Source of the DNA: Bacilli bacterium
GTDB taxonomy: Bacteria; Bacillota_I; Bacilli_A; RFN20; CAG-826
Direction: 5' to 3'
Assembly: GCA_024687185.1 (NCBI GenBank)
Contig: JAILEX010000029.1
Location: 1 to 51,414, forward strand
Length of the DNA stretch: 51,414 nt
The notes under the pieces were generated by a model, which was given only the letters and a program-made list of their open reading frames with translations, ran no database searches and was not told the origin of the DNA. This document shows, piece by piece, positions 1 through 9,692 of this stretch; position 1 is the stretch's first letter, and each line of letters starts with the position of its first letter. The position numbers were made by a program, and so were the translations under genes.

Positions 1-1134
1 GATCCAGGGAAGGTCTTCCACGGTCCAGCCAGGGTGATTGGCGCGGCAGAAGTCAACGAGCCTTTCCAAAGTGGCCTTTTCGTAGGGGGCGTATTCGGGG
101 TTTTCGTTCTTTAGGGTCTTTTCCGCTTTTTCGATGGCGAAATTGCATTCGCCTTCGGCCTGTTCGATGAAACTGGAGATGAGGATATAGCATCTAACGG
201 CGGCGGGGCTTTCTAAAGCGGAGATGAAGGACTTGGTCCCATCGTCTAATTCGTCATACATCTTTCTGCCTTGGACGCTTCTAGGATCTTCTAAAAGCAA
301 GGCGAGTTTCATGGCCTTGGCCTTATAGAAGTTGCTCTTAGAGAAGCCTTTATCGGTGTTGATGGCAAGTTCGAGGATGTTCAATGCGGTCTTTATGTCT
401 TTCTTTTCAACCGCTTCGTAATAGGATCTAAGGTTTAGTTCGAAGGTAAAGTCGGTGACGGTTTCATAAATAGGCGTCTTAGGAGCGGGTTTGCCCATCC
501 TGACGGCTTCTTCCGCGAGGAGGATGTTGTTATAGGCGATCTTATTGATGTTTTTGGAGGTAACCATCATAAGGTAACCGTCGGTTACTTCGTCTAGCCT
601 AGTCGGGAAATAGTCGTAGATAACGATCATGGCGGCCACGCCTAGTAGCGTGATGCCGATCGGGGCGAGCATACCGGCGCCATTGGTGTGGTTGGCGTTA
701 CCGATAGCGATCATAACGGCACATCCGATGGCCTCAAGAAGGAAGAATAATAGCGGCAGGGTGATATATCCGCCTAGACGGCATTTCTCAACGTCGGTTG
801 GGACGACTTTGGTTTCGCCGGTCAGCCCAGAGAACTTATGGAATCCGAATTTCGTTTTCTCTTCGCCTTCTTTGGCTTTCTTCCCTAAGCCCAAAATCAC
901 AAAGCTTCTAATATCGTAGTGGCCCATCTTGGCGCCTAGATAATGGCCAAATTCCAATAGGACTGCGTTAAGAATGATTCCAACAACGAGCGAAATGACC
1001 ACCAAAACGATGCCGGGAATCAAGGGGTTGCTTAGGTTTTCGATGGTGGGGCGAATCCAAAATATGCCGAATAACACGGCCACGACAATCATGACCACAT
1101 ACACCAAGAATGTGGCGAATTCATTTTTCTTCAT
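1..1134 (-). CDS. Membrane protein resembling M50/site-2 protease, degenerate zinc motif (3' end runs off the window)
   Basis: Absent from the ORF track because it is open to the window edge. ATG at 1134 follows AGGAGG. Translates MKKNEFATFLVYVVMIVVAVLFGIFW... with several TM helices, LEFGH at the HExxH position and a later P-x-DG-like segment (YFPTRLDEVTDG). Confidence 0.7.
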   Translation of the reverse strand, partial: MKKNEFATFLVYVVMIVVAVLFGIFWIRPTIENLSNPLIPGIVLVVISLVVGIILNAVLLEFGHYLGAKMGHYDIRSFVILGLGKKAKEGEEKTKFGFHKFSGLTGETKVVPTDVEKCRLGGYITLPLLFFLLEAIGCAVMIAIGNANHTNGAGMLAPIGITLLGVAAMIVIYDYFPTRLDEVTDGYLMMVTSKNINKIAYNNILLAEEAVRMGKPAPKTPIYETVTDFTFELNLRSYYEAVEKKDIKTALNILELAINTDKGFSKSNFYKAKAMKLALLLEDPRSVQGRKMYDELDDGTKSFISALESPAAVRCYILISSFIEQAEGECNFAIEKAEKTLKNENPEYAPYEKATLERLVDFCRANHPGWTVEDLPWI

Positions 1135-1385
1135 CTTTTTTGCCTCCTGGGCCGCCCATATCAAGGGCTCGATTGGTAACGACCAATCAGACGTGTACCG
1201 TTACCTTAAGCTTTGCCAGCGAGGGCATGAGGTGATTGCCTGGGGTTAGGAAACAATGTTTCCTTTCCTTTGGCTTCGCTTATTATAGACGATTATTCGC
1301 TTTCATGTACCCCTATATAACTAGGCGCAAATTATCGTCGAATTGAACGGGTTTTTGCGGAAATAATAGGCGAAATGCAGCGTTT

Positions 1386-1952
1386 TTAGACCTGTTTTCC
1401 CTCTTCTTTTTTGTTCATTTCCACTAAAGAGGGAAGAAGCAAGGTGAGTGCGCTATCAATGATTCGGCACATCTTTTTATAAAACTTTTCGCTGGTGTAG
1501 CTTTGGCTTTTGAAGTAATAACCGATTTCAGAGGAAATATAGTTCGCGAGCCTTCTGGCGAGGTTCCTTTTGCTTTCTAACTTCAACCCCGCATACTCTG
1601 GGTCGGCTTGGATTAGGTTAAAGATCTTGACGTTGAATTTGCCGAACATGAATTCTTCGACAAGGTCTTTCGCGGCGGACCCATAGGTTTGCCTTAGGAA
1701 CACAAAGTTGTCGCGGGCATATAAAACGAAGGCGCGAAGGGCTTCGCGAATGGTTTTGGCCGTTTCGAATTTGCCTAGGTCCTCGGTTAGCAAAATGGCG
1801 GCGATCAAATCGTAGATGTCTTGGTAATGATAATAGAAGGTCTGCCTATGGCATCCGCATTTGGCGCAAAGCGCGGTAACGTTGATGTCTTCTAGGGGCA
1901 TCTCGTTCATCATGTCTTTGAGGGCATATTTGAATTTGGCGTTCGTAATCAT
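1386..1952 (-). CDS. TetR/AcrR family transcriptional regulator (DhaS-like)
   Basis: N-terminal HTH (INVTALCAKCGCHRQTFYYHYQDIYDL); start overlaps the stop of the upstream ATPase. Confidence 0.9.
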   Translation of the reverse strand: MITNAKFKYALKDMMNEMPLEDINVTALCAKCGCHRQTFYYHYQDIYDLIAAILLTEDLGKFETAKTIREALRAFVLYARDNFVFLRQTYGSAAKDLVEEFMFGKFNVKIFNLIQADPEYAGLKLESKRNLARRLANYISSEIGYYFKSQSYTSEKFYKKMCRIIDSALTLLLPSLVEMNKKEEGKQV

Positions 1953-4522
1953 TTCTGCTCCTCACTTCCTTCGGTTTTTTCTTCTTCTATGGCTGGGGCG
2001 ACGACGAATTCCGGGCCAGGCCCCTTTTTGTTCATCTTATAGACCATGTCGATCAACTTTCTTAACCCATAGAAGATAATGGTCGATATGGCTACACATC
2101 CGATCACGATGGGCACAAACCATTGGCTGAGTCCGTTCCATCTAACGGCGAGCAGGATGCCGTCTCCCTTAGGCGTTCTAATGAAGTAATCGACGATAAC
2201 CACGATTATGCCGCCTACAAGCATCGAGATGAAAACGACGAGGCGGTATTTGTTGGGCGGCAAGCATACCGCAAACAAAGTAATGTAGGCGTTGATGGTA
2301 AACACGACGATGGAGATTGAGGTCGCGGCCATAAACGCTTCTTGTTGTCCCGGGTTCCAGCTAAGGATGTTGGGCCATACCAAATATAAGAAGAAAGGCG
2401 CCATGGAACCCACCAAATTAGCTATCGCGCTAGGTAAGGCCTTTGTGACGATATTCGCCCCAAAGGATCCACTAAGCCTATCGGCAGAAGGCTGCAAAGC
2501 CAGGAAGAAGGAGGGAACGCCTATGGCAAACACCTCCCATAGAAGCAAATTGGACGTGGAGAAAGGATAGGTTTTGCCTCCCCATAAGCCAGAAATCAAG
2601 AACACCAACGTGGCGAAAACGGCAAAGAAGGTTTTGTTTAGGAACAAAGAACAGGTCCTTTGGAGGTTATTGATAACTCTTCTTCCCTGGAAGACGACGT
2701 CTGGCAGCCTAGAAAAGTTGCTTTCCAAAGTGACTAGGTGGGCAACGTTTCTCGCCGCCTCCGACCCGCTTGCCATGGCAATGGAGCAATCGGCAACCTT
2801 AAGGGCCATAACGTCATTGACGCCATCGCCCGTCATGGCGACTTTTCTACCTTGTTTTTGGAAAGAGGAGATTAAAATCGCCTTCTGTTCGGGGTTGGAA
2901 CGGCCAAATACGACATATTTATTCGCGATGGCCTCGACTTCCGCGTTGCTTTTCCCTTCAAGGGAAATGAATAAATCGGAGCCATTCACGCCACACCTTT
3001 TCGCGATTTCGCTTACGGTACGGGGGTCGTCGCCCGAAACGACCTTGATTTCGACGCCGTTGCTTTGGAACCATTCGACATTTGCCTTGGCATCCTCTTT
3101 GATGTGGTCGCTTAAGACAAGGAGGGCCAATAATTCAAAGCCGCCAGGCAAAGTGTTGTTCGTAATGGGCTTTTTGCTTTTTGCCACGATGAGGCAGCGG
3201 TATCCCTTAGATGCGTAATTGCTTAATACCCTGCCCACTTTTTCGTTGGGTTTGGCCTTGATATAGCCATAGGCGCCCATGGCGTAGGTAATTCCGGTTT
3301 CCAGGGTAACCGCGCTAACCTTCGTCTCCGAATCAAAAGGAAGTACCGCCTTAAAGGAGAAGGCACTGCTTTCCCCAAAGGCGAGTTTTAAGGCGTTGGC
3401 GGTCGCGTTAGAGTCCTTCGTACCATCCAAAATAGAGGTAACGGCCTTTCTGATTTCCCTATTCTCGGCCGTTTCGATAGGAAGACACTTATATAGTTTC
3501 AAGGTTCCATCGGTCAGGGTTCCGGTCTTATCGAAGCAAACCATATCGACCCTAGCCAACATCTCAATGCAGTAAAGCTGTTGGACCAAAACCTTCTTGG
3601 TGGCGAGGTTTACTACCCCAGACGCCAAAGCAGCCGAGGTAAGCAAAGCCATGCCGGAAGGAATCATGGCGACCATAGAACCCGAAATGGTCTCGATTTT
3701 ATCGCCTATTCCACTATCGAGGTGGGTAAGGATATCGAAGAAATCCCTGCCGTGGCTCATTTCGTTGGCGAAGAAGATCGCAAACTGAGCCAAGCCCATG
3801 ACGACGCAGAAGATCGCGCACACGGACATTATTATATTGGTAGAGGATTTGATCTCGCTTTTTGGCTGGGAGAATTTCTTGGCGGAAGCCTGTAGCTGCT
3901 CCGCATAGTTCGCGCTTCCAACCCTTTTTACTTCGACCTTAACATTGCCCTTCGTCAAAAAAGAGCCGGACAAAAGCATATCCCCAACGCCTTTTCCGAT
4001 TGGGACGGATTCCCCCGAAATCAAGGATTCGTCGACACGGCAAACGCCTTCTACAATCTCTGAGTCGGCGGGTATTTGGTCGCCGGCAGAAAGCAAGACG
4101 ATATCGGAAAGGACGATGGCGTCGCTTTCTATTTCCATGATGACGCCGTTTCTTAAGACCTTGATTTTGGCCGCGGCCAACACCTTAAGCTTATCGGTTA
4201 GCCTTCTTGAATGGATGTCTTGGATCAAACCGATGGTGATGTTGGCGACCAAGATGATCATGAAGAAGTAGTGGCTGAGGGTCAGTTGGGCATAGACCAT
4301 CAACAGGAACACCAATAGCAAAATGATGTTTAGGACATTGAAAAGGTTATCGAAAATAATCCTTGGGTAGGATCTGGAGACGTGTTTTTGGGTTTTATTG
4401 GTAAGCTTAAGGGATTTCCTCTGCTCGACGTCCTCTTGGGTCAGACCGCGACTGATGTCGACGTCGATTTGAGGCGCGAAGGTAATGGACTCTGATATTT
4501 TTTTGAATGCTTGGGGTGCCAT
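1949..4522 (-). CDS. P-type (HAD-IC) cation-transporting ATPase, CtpE-like
   Basis: DKTGT phosphorylation motif, SGES actuator, SGD and GDGVND motifs, multiple TM helices. Confidence 0.92.
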   Translation of the reverse strand: MAPQAFKKISESITFAPQIDVDISRGLTQEDVEQRKSLKLTNKTQKHVSRSYPRIIFDNLFNVLNIILLLVFLLMVYAQLTLSHYFFMIILVANITIGLIQDIHSRRLTDKLKVLAAAKIKVLRNGVIMEIESDAIVLSDIVLLSAGDQIPADSEIVEGVCRVDESLISGESVPIGKGVGDMLLSGSFLTKGNVKVEVKRVGSANYAEQLQASAKKFSQPKSEIKSSTNIIMSVCAIFCVVMGLAQFAIFFANEMSHGRDFFDILTHLDSGIGDKIETISGSMVAMIPSGMALLTSAALASGVVNLATKKVLVQQLYCIEMLARVDMVCFDKTGTLTDGTLKLYKCLPIETAENREIRKAVTSILDGTKDSNATANALKLAFGESSAFSFKAVLPFDSETKVSAVTLETGITYAMGAYGYIKAKPNEKVGRVLSNYASKGYRCLIVAKSKKPITNNTLPGGFELLALLVLSDHIKEDAKANVEWFQSNGVEIKVVSGDDPRTVSEIAKRCGVNGSDLFISLEGKSNAEVEAIANKYVVFGRSNPEQKAILISSFQKQGRKVAMTGDGVNDVMALKVADCSIAMASGSEAARNVAHLVTLESNFSRLPDVVFQGRRVINNLQRTCSLFLNKTFFAVFATLVFLISGLWGGKTYPFSTSNLLLWEVFAIGVPSFFLALQPSADRLSGSFGANIVTKALPSAIANLVGSMAPFFLYLVWPNILSWNPGQQEAFMAATSISIVVFTINAYITLFAVCLPPNKYRLVVFISMLVGGIIVVIVDYFIRTPKGDGILLAVRWNGLSQWFVPIVIGCVAISTIIFYGLRKLIDMVYKMNKKGPGPEFVVAPAIEEEKTEGSEEQK

Positions 4523-4627
4523 AAGTCAGTGAATTTTCAAAAATAGTCGCAAAGTAGGTTTTGCCTAGGATTTCCTTCTCTTTTTTTGCTTAAAGTACGA
4601 AATTTTACGTAGAACAAATCTGTATTA

Positions 4628-4648
4628 AATTTATACAGTGTCTAAATT
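4628..4648. promoter_or_regulatory. Palindromic operator (probable TetR site) overlapping a -10 box of the ATPase-tetR operon
   Basis: AATTTATACA-G-TGTCTAAATT (10-bp arms, 1 mismatch); TATAAT on the - strand at 4646-4651. Confidence 0.6.
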
Positions 4649-4695
4649 ATACAACGGCTAGGAATACTTAAAATAAGCAACTTCAAGAATTGTTG

Positions 4696-5142
4696 CTATC
4701 TTCTCTTATTTGCGAAAAAGAGGTTGATAAGTTCGGCCGATTCTTCCTTCATGACGTTCCTATATATTAAAGGAGAAGGGTATATCCTCTTTGAAAAGGG
4801 GTCTAATCCAGAGGAGATTCCCCCATAGGTTGGATCGTCCGCGCCATAGACAAGGGTTGAGATCCTCGCCTGGGCAATCGCACCCATGCACATTAAGCAT
4901 GGTTCGAGGGTCACGACGAGCTGGCATCCATCTAGTTGCCATCTGCCTAATTTCTTTTCCGCGGCCTCTATCGCCAATATTTCGGCGTGTCCAGAGATCT
5001 TGGATTCCCTTTCCCTGTTGTTATGGGCTTTTGAAATGAGTTCGCCGTCTTTTAAAACAACCGCGCCAACGGGTATTTCGCCTTCTTGGAAGGCTAGGTT
5101 CGCCTCATCTAGGGCTATTTTCATTGCCTCGTCTAGGTTCAT
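4696..5142 (-). CDS. tadA: tRNA adenosine(34) deaminase
   Basis: HAE and TLEPCLMC zinc motifs, EIPVGAV. Start moved to ATG 5142 because the longer ORF would overlap the SRP RNA. Confidence 0.9.
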   Translation of the reverse strand: MNLDEAMKIALDEANLAFQEGEIPVGAVVLKDGELISKAHNNRERESKISGHAEILAIEAAEKKLGRWQLDGCQLVVTLEPCLMCMGAIAQARISTLVYGADDPTYGGISSGLDPFSKRIYPSPLIYRNVMKEESAELINLFFANKRR

Positions 5143-5152
5143 GAAATAATAA

Positions 5153-5235
5153 GACCACCGCACAGGGGAGGATGATTTAAGGCTGCTTGGTTCCCCACCT
5201 GACCTGGTTCATCACTCTCTCCTCGCGATGGCGTA
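5153..5235 (-). ncRNA. ffs: Small bacterial signal recognition particle RNA (4.5S)
   Basis: The - strand reads GAACCAGGTCAGG-TGG-GGAA-CCA-AGCAGCCTTAA (SRP helix 8 core with GGAA tetraloop). The 5' GCCATCGC pairs with the 3' GCGGTGGT; TATGAT -10 box at 5243-5248. Confidence 0.9.
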
Positions 5236-5267
5236 GGGATTTTATCATAAATAAGGGATGTGTGGCC

Positions 5268-6542
5268 TTATTTCTCTTCCATCTCGCGGCGTAAGTTGGC
5301 CAGCATCAACTTCAAGCGGTTCTCTTGATTGACTTGGGTGGAGGAAGCATCGAAATCCAAGGGGATGATGTTGGCTTCCGGAACAAGTGCCTTAACAGGT
5401 CTTATCATGCCTTTCCCAACGATATGGTTAGGTAGGCATCCAAACGGCTGAACGACCACGATGTTCTTGGTATCACCCTCAACGAACGCGACCATTTCGG
5501 CGGGAATAAGCCATCCTTCGCCCATCTTAACGCCGGTGTTGATGACCTTTTTGCCTTCTTCGACGACGTGTTCGAAGTCCTCATATGGCAAGAAACCAGA
5601 GTTTTTCATGGCTTTGGCCTGCGTTCTTGTTGCCTTTAGGAAGATTTTATAGGCGATCTTAAAGGCCCCGACGGTGGCCTTGCCTTGGCCATATTGGTTA
5701 TAGTCGTTGATGTTGTTGTAGATGCAGTATAAGCAGAACTCGGCCAAAGAGGGATAAACGACTTCGCAGCCTTGTTTTACAAGGAAGTCGGCGAGGTTAT
5801 TGTTGGCATAGGCTGAATATTTCACATAGATTTCGCCGACGATGCCGACTCTAGGCTTCCTCTTTTCTAGGTTTGGCTTAAGGTCTTTGAAGGCATCGAG
5901 CATCATCTTGTAATTGGCTTTCCTTCTATAGAAACAGTGGTGGCCGATTTTCTTTTTTAGCTCATCCATGCAATGGTTTAAGGCGGCGTTGACTTCTTTT
6001 TCATCATGGTAAGGAATGGATTGGTCATATAGGTTCATGAGCATGTCGCCATACATGACCGCGTGGATCATCTGATACATCTCCCTTAGATTGAGGGGCA
6101 GGGAGAACATCTTTTCTAACCCAGAGAAGTTCAAAGAAAGGACCGGCACGGTCGGGAATTCCTTCTCAAAGGCTTTGCGGATTAAGGAAATGTAGTTGGA
6201 AGCGCGGCAACCACCACCGGTTTGAGACATGATGACCGCGGTTTTGTTTAGGTCGTATTTCCCGCTTTTTAGTTCGGCGACGAATTGGCCCGTGGTGATG
6301 ATCGCGGGATAGCAGGCATCGTTTTGGACGGTTCTTAGGCCTTCGTCTTTGGCTTCTCTTCCCATTGGGGGGACGACCACATAATTCAAACCCTTCTTCG
6401 CCAAGATGGAGCGGATCAAATCGAAATGGATCGGGAGCATGTCTGGGACGATTACCGTGTAGTGCTCCTTGCAGATCTTCTTAAAGAAGGCCCTTCTTTC
6501 CTTGGCTTCCTGTTTTCTTTCTTTCTTGCTGGCCATCTTCAT
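5268..6542 (-). CDS. 2-hydroxyacyl-CoA dehydratase-like subunit (C-terminal module of activase-related protein)
   Basis: NDACYPA, QTGGGCRASNY, GEGW and QPFGCLPNH motifs; overlaps the stop of the upstream activase gene. Confidence 0.8.
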   Translation of the reverse strand: MKMASKKERKQEAKERRAFFKKICKEHYTVIVPDMLPIHFDLIRSILAKKGLNYVVVPPMGREAKDEGLRTVQNDACYPAIITTGQFVAELKSGKYDLNKTAVIMSQTGGGCRASNYISLIRKAFEKEFPTVPVLSLNFSGLEKMFSLPLNLREMYQMIHAVMYGDMLMNLYDQSIPYHDEKEVNAALNHCMDELKKKIGHHCFYRRKANYKMMLDAFKDLKPNLEKRKPRVGIVGEIYVKYSAYANNNLADFLVKQGCEVVYPSLAEFCLYCIYNNINDYNQYGQGKATVGAFKIAYKIFLKATRTQAKAMKNSGFLPYEDFEHVVEEGKKVINTGVKMGEGWLIPAEMVAFVEGDTKNIVVVQPFGCLPNHIVGKGMIRPVKALVPEANIIPLDFDASSTQVNQENRLKLMLANLRREMEEK

Positions 6543-9499
6543 TTCCTCGCCTTCGCGTCTTCCACGGCCGCAAGCAAAGAACGCAAGCGGATCCTTACGG
6601 CGCCTAGGTTATTGATTTCGTCTATTTTGATTTGGGTATAGAGCCTGCCATTACTTTCCATGATGCGCCTGACTTCGTCAGAAGTGATGGCGTCTACGCC
6701 ACAGCCAAAGCTTACGAGATGGACGATTTCCATATCGGGTTGGTCTTTTACGAAGTTGGCCGCGTCATATAGCCTTGCGTGATAGGTCCATTGATTTAAG
6801 ACGCGGAGTTTTTGCCTGGGGGATTCATATTCGATGGAGTCTTCGGAAAGCACGGCCACGCCCATGCCGTCTAGAAGCTTATCGATGCCGTGGTTTATTT
6901 CCCTATCGACGTGATAGGGCCTACCGACCAAGACCACGATTTCCTTGCCGTCTTTTCTTGCGGTTTCGATGATTTCCTTGCCTTTTGCTTTGACGTCATT
7001 ACGGTAACGGGTCTCTTCTTCGATGCCGAATTTCAATGCACGCTCCACCTCTTTTTTGGAAACACCATATTTTTTAAGAGAGGCGACAAGGATTTCCACG
7101 CTCTTTTTGAAGTTGTTCAAATCGAGGAATGGGTCGATGAAATTATCGTCGTTTAACCTAGAGTCATTGCGTTTTAATAGCTCGCCATAATAGGCGACGA
7201 CGGGGCAATTGTAATAATTGTCCGCCCTATGCTCGTTCACGTTATAGGATTCGGATGGATAGAAGATGAAGTCGACTTTCTGTTCGAGCAGATAATCGAT
7301 ATGGCCATGCATGATCTTGGCGGGATAGCATGCGGTATCGCTGGGAATGGTCTTTTGGCCGCGGCGGTACAAAGACCTAGTGGAAATCGGGCTTACCTCA
7401 ACCTCGAAACCGAGTTCTTTGAAGAAAGTATCCCAAAGGGGCAATTGCTCATACATCGCTAGGGTAAAGGGGATACCGACTTTGCATCTAGTGACGGGGG
7501 TTTCGGTGGTATAACGTTGCAAGACCCTCTTCCTCTTGTAGTGATACATATCCAAATCGTGTCTTGCCTTAGGCTTTCCTTCGCCTTTTTCGCATTTGTT
7601 GCCGGAAATATAGACGCCTCCTCCAGGGAAACGAAGGATCGTAAGGTTACAATAAGCCGTGCATTGGCGGCAATTGGTATGGGAGGTGGTATAGGAGAAT
7701 TCCTCGAGTTCCTTTTGGCTGATAAGTCCCTTTTCCCCACCTTTTTCCTTGGCGTAAAGGGCTGCACCGAAAGCGCCCATAAGCCCAGCGATGGAAGGGC
7801 GGATAACCTCGTGTCCGATTTCCATTTCGAAGCAACGGAGGACCGCGTTATTTAGGAAGGTTCCGCCTTGGCAGACGATTCTTTCGCCAAGTTCTTCGAA
7901 ACTTCTGACTCGGATAACCTTATAAAGGGCGTTTTTGATGACGGATCTACTTAAACCAGCGGAAATATCCTCGATTGTCGCGCCGTTCCTTTGGGCTTCC
8001 TTAACGGAGGAATTCATGAAGACCGTGCATCTACTTCCGAGTTCAACGGGGTTCTTCGCATATAGTCCCAATTTGGAGAATTCTTCCATTCCATAGCCTA
8101 AAGCGGCCGCGAAGGAAGAAAGGAAGGAGCCGCAGCCAGAAGAGCAGGCTTCGTTAAGCATAATGGAGTCGATCGCCCCGTTTTTGATGCGGAAGCATTT
8201 GATGTCCTGACCGCCAATATCGATAATGAAATCCACGTTTGGTTCGAAGAATTTGGCCGCCTTGAAATGGGCAACGGTCTCAACTAGGCCATAATCGACA
8301 TGCAGGGAGTTCTTGATAAGCTCTTCACCATATCCCGTGACCGCGGAACCGACGATTTCTAGTTTCGGGGAAGCGGTTTTGTAGATCGTCTTGATTTGAT
8401 CGACGATTTTTTCGATGGGTAGGCCGTTGTTGGGTTCATAATGGGAATAGAGGATTTCATTGTTCTCGGATAGCAAAATGACTTTGGTAGTCGTCGAGCC
8501 TTCGTCGATTCCTAAATAGGCCTTGCCTTCATAGGTCGATAGGTCGCGCTTTTTCACATCGAAGTCTTGGTGGCGTTTTAGGAACGCATTAAAGTCCGCC
8601 TCATCTTCGAATAGCCTTTCGCCGACGATGATTTGTCCCAAGGTGTTCGCGGCTTCTAGCTTTTTTAAAACCTCTTCCAGGGTCATCGTCTCGCTTCTGT
8701 GGCGAGAATAGATGGCCGCGCCTTTGGCCATGAAGGTTGAGGCGTCGTCTGGGAAATAGGCATGTTCATCGGTGAGTTTAAGCCTATCCATGAACGCTTT
8801 TCTTAGTCCCTTAAGGAAGAATAATGGGCCACCTAAGAACAAAACGTTGCCTTTTATTTCCCTGCCCTGGGCAAGTCCGGCGATCGTTTGGTCTGCGACG
8901 GCATAGAAAATGGAAAGGGCGATGTCTTCTTTGGATGCGCCTTGGTTTAGGATGGCCTGGATATCGCTTTTTGCGAAAACGCCGCATCTAGAAGCGATGG
9001 GGTAGGCCTTTTCCGCCCTCAAAGCCATCTCGTCCATTTCGGACAAAGAGATATTCAGTAGGGTGGCCATTTGGTCGATGAAGGCCCCGGTGCCACCGGC
9101 ACACTGTCCGTTCATCCTTTCTTCTACACCACCCGTAATAAAGATGATTTTGGCGTCTTCTCCGCCTAATTCGATGGCGCAATCAACCTCGGGATAGAGT
9201 TCTTTGATCGCAAGGAAGGCGCTTTCGACTTCTTGGACGAAAGGAAGATCGGCTCTTTCCGATAAGCCTAAGCCGGCGCTGCCGGTAAGAGAGACCTTAA
9301 CGTTGATGTTCCCGTATTTTTCCTTTATCTCATTAAGCTCGACGATCGAGGTTTCCTTAACCTTTGAGCCATGGCGAACGTAGTTTGCGTATAGGGTGTT
9401 GCCCGCTTCATCCAAAAGAACGGCTTTGACGGTGGTGGAGCCAACGTCGATGCCTAGCGTATATAAACTATCTTCTCTGCTTTCCTTTTGCATAGGCAT
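6539..9499 (-). CDS. Acyl-CoA dehydratase activase-related protein (two BadF/BcrAD ASKHA ATPase domains plus DUF2229-like region)
   Basis: GIDVGSTT...ELGGED...CAGGTG, a second GIDEGSTT...DIGGQD...CSSGCG, and Cys clusters. Confidence 0.88.
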   Translation of the reverse strand: MPMQKESREDSLYTLGIDVGSTTVKAVLLDEAGNTLYANYVRHGSKVKETSIVELNEIKEKYGNINVKVSLTGSAGLGLSERADLPFVQEVESAFLAIKELYPEVDCAIELGGEDAKIIFITGGVEERMNGQCAGGTGAFIDQMATLLNISLSEMDEMALRAEKAYPIASRCGVFAKSDIQAILNQGASKEDIALSIFYAVADQTIAGLAQGREIKGNVLFLGGPLFFLKGLRKAFMDRLKLTDEHAYFPDDASTFMAKGAAIYSRHRSETMTLEEVLKKLEAANTLGQIIVGERLFEDEADFNAFLKRHQDFDVKKRDLSTYEGKAYLGIDEGSTTTKVILLSENNEILYSHYEPNNGLPIEKIVDQIKTIYKTASPKLEIVGSAVTGYGEELIKNSLHVDYGLVETVAHFKAAKFFEPNVDFIIDIGGQDIKCFRIKNGAIDSIMLNEACSSGCGSFLSSFAAALGYGMEEFSKLGLYAKNPVELGSRCTVFMNSSVKEAQRNGATIEDISAGLSRSVIKNALYKVIRVRSFEELGERIVCQGGTFLNNAVLRCFEMEIGHEVIRPSIAGLMGAFGAALYAKEKGGEKGLISQKELEEFSYTTSHTNCRQCTAYCNLTILRFPGGGVYISGNKCEKGEGKPKARHDLDMYHYKRKRVLQRYTTETPVTRCKVGIPFTLAMYEQLPLWDTFFKELGFEVEVSPISTRSLYRRGQKTIPSDTACYPAKIMHGHIDYLLEQKVDFIFYPSESYNVNEHRADNYYNCPVVAYYGELLKRNDSRLNDDNFIDPFLDLNNFKKSVEILVASLKKYGVSKKEVERALKFGIEEETRYRNDVKAKGKEIIETARKDGKEIVVLVGRPYHVDREINHGIDKLLDGMGVAVLSEDSIEYESPRQKLRVLNQWTYHARLYDAANFVKDQPDMEIVHLVSFGCGVDAITSDEVRRIMESNGRLYTQIKIDEINNLGAVRIRLRSLLAAVEDAKARK

Positions 9500-9645
9500 A
9501 TTCTACTAGTTTTTCCTTCTAGGAAACACTTAGATGCATTGAACGCGCTTTCATCGCGGGTTTTTGAATGGGAAAGGGCATCAAATTCATCATAAATACC
9601 AGGTTTTTGCGCCAATTTAAATGTTTTTACAGACTTTTTCCGTTC

Positions 9646-9671
9646 AAAAAAACCGCCCCCGAGGGAGCGGT
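9646..9671 (-). terminator. Rho-independent terminator after serS
   Basis: GC-rich hairpin (ACCGCTCC.../...GGGGCGGT) followed by a T-run on the - strand. Confidence 0.8.
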
Positions 9672-9692
9672 GATTCATCTAGGTTTCGACCC

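Noticed and set aside
1140-1260. Known riboswitch (ZTP, c-di-GMP, TPP) or 6S RNA
   Set aside because: Only fragmentary motif similarity with the core consensus elements missing; kept as an unassigned structured leader.
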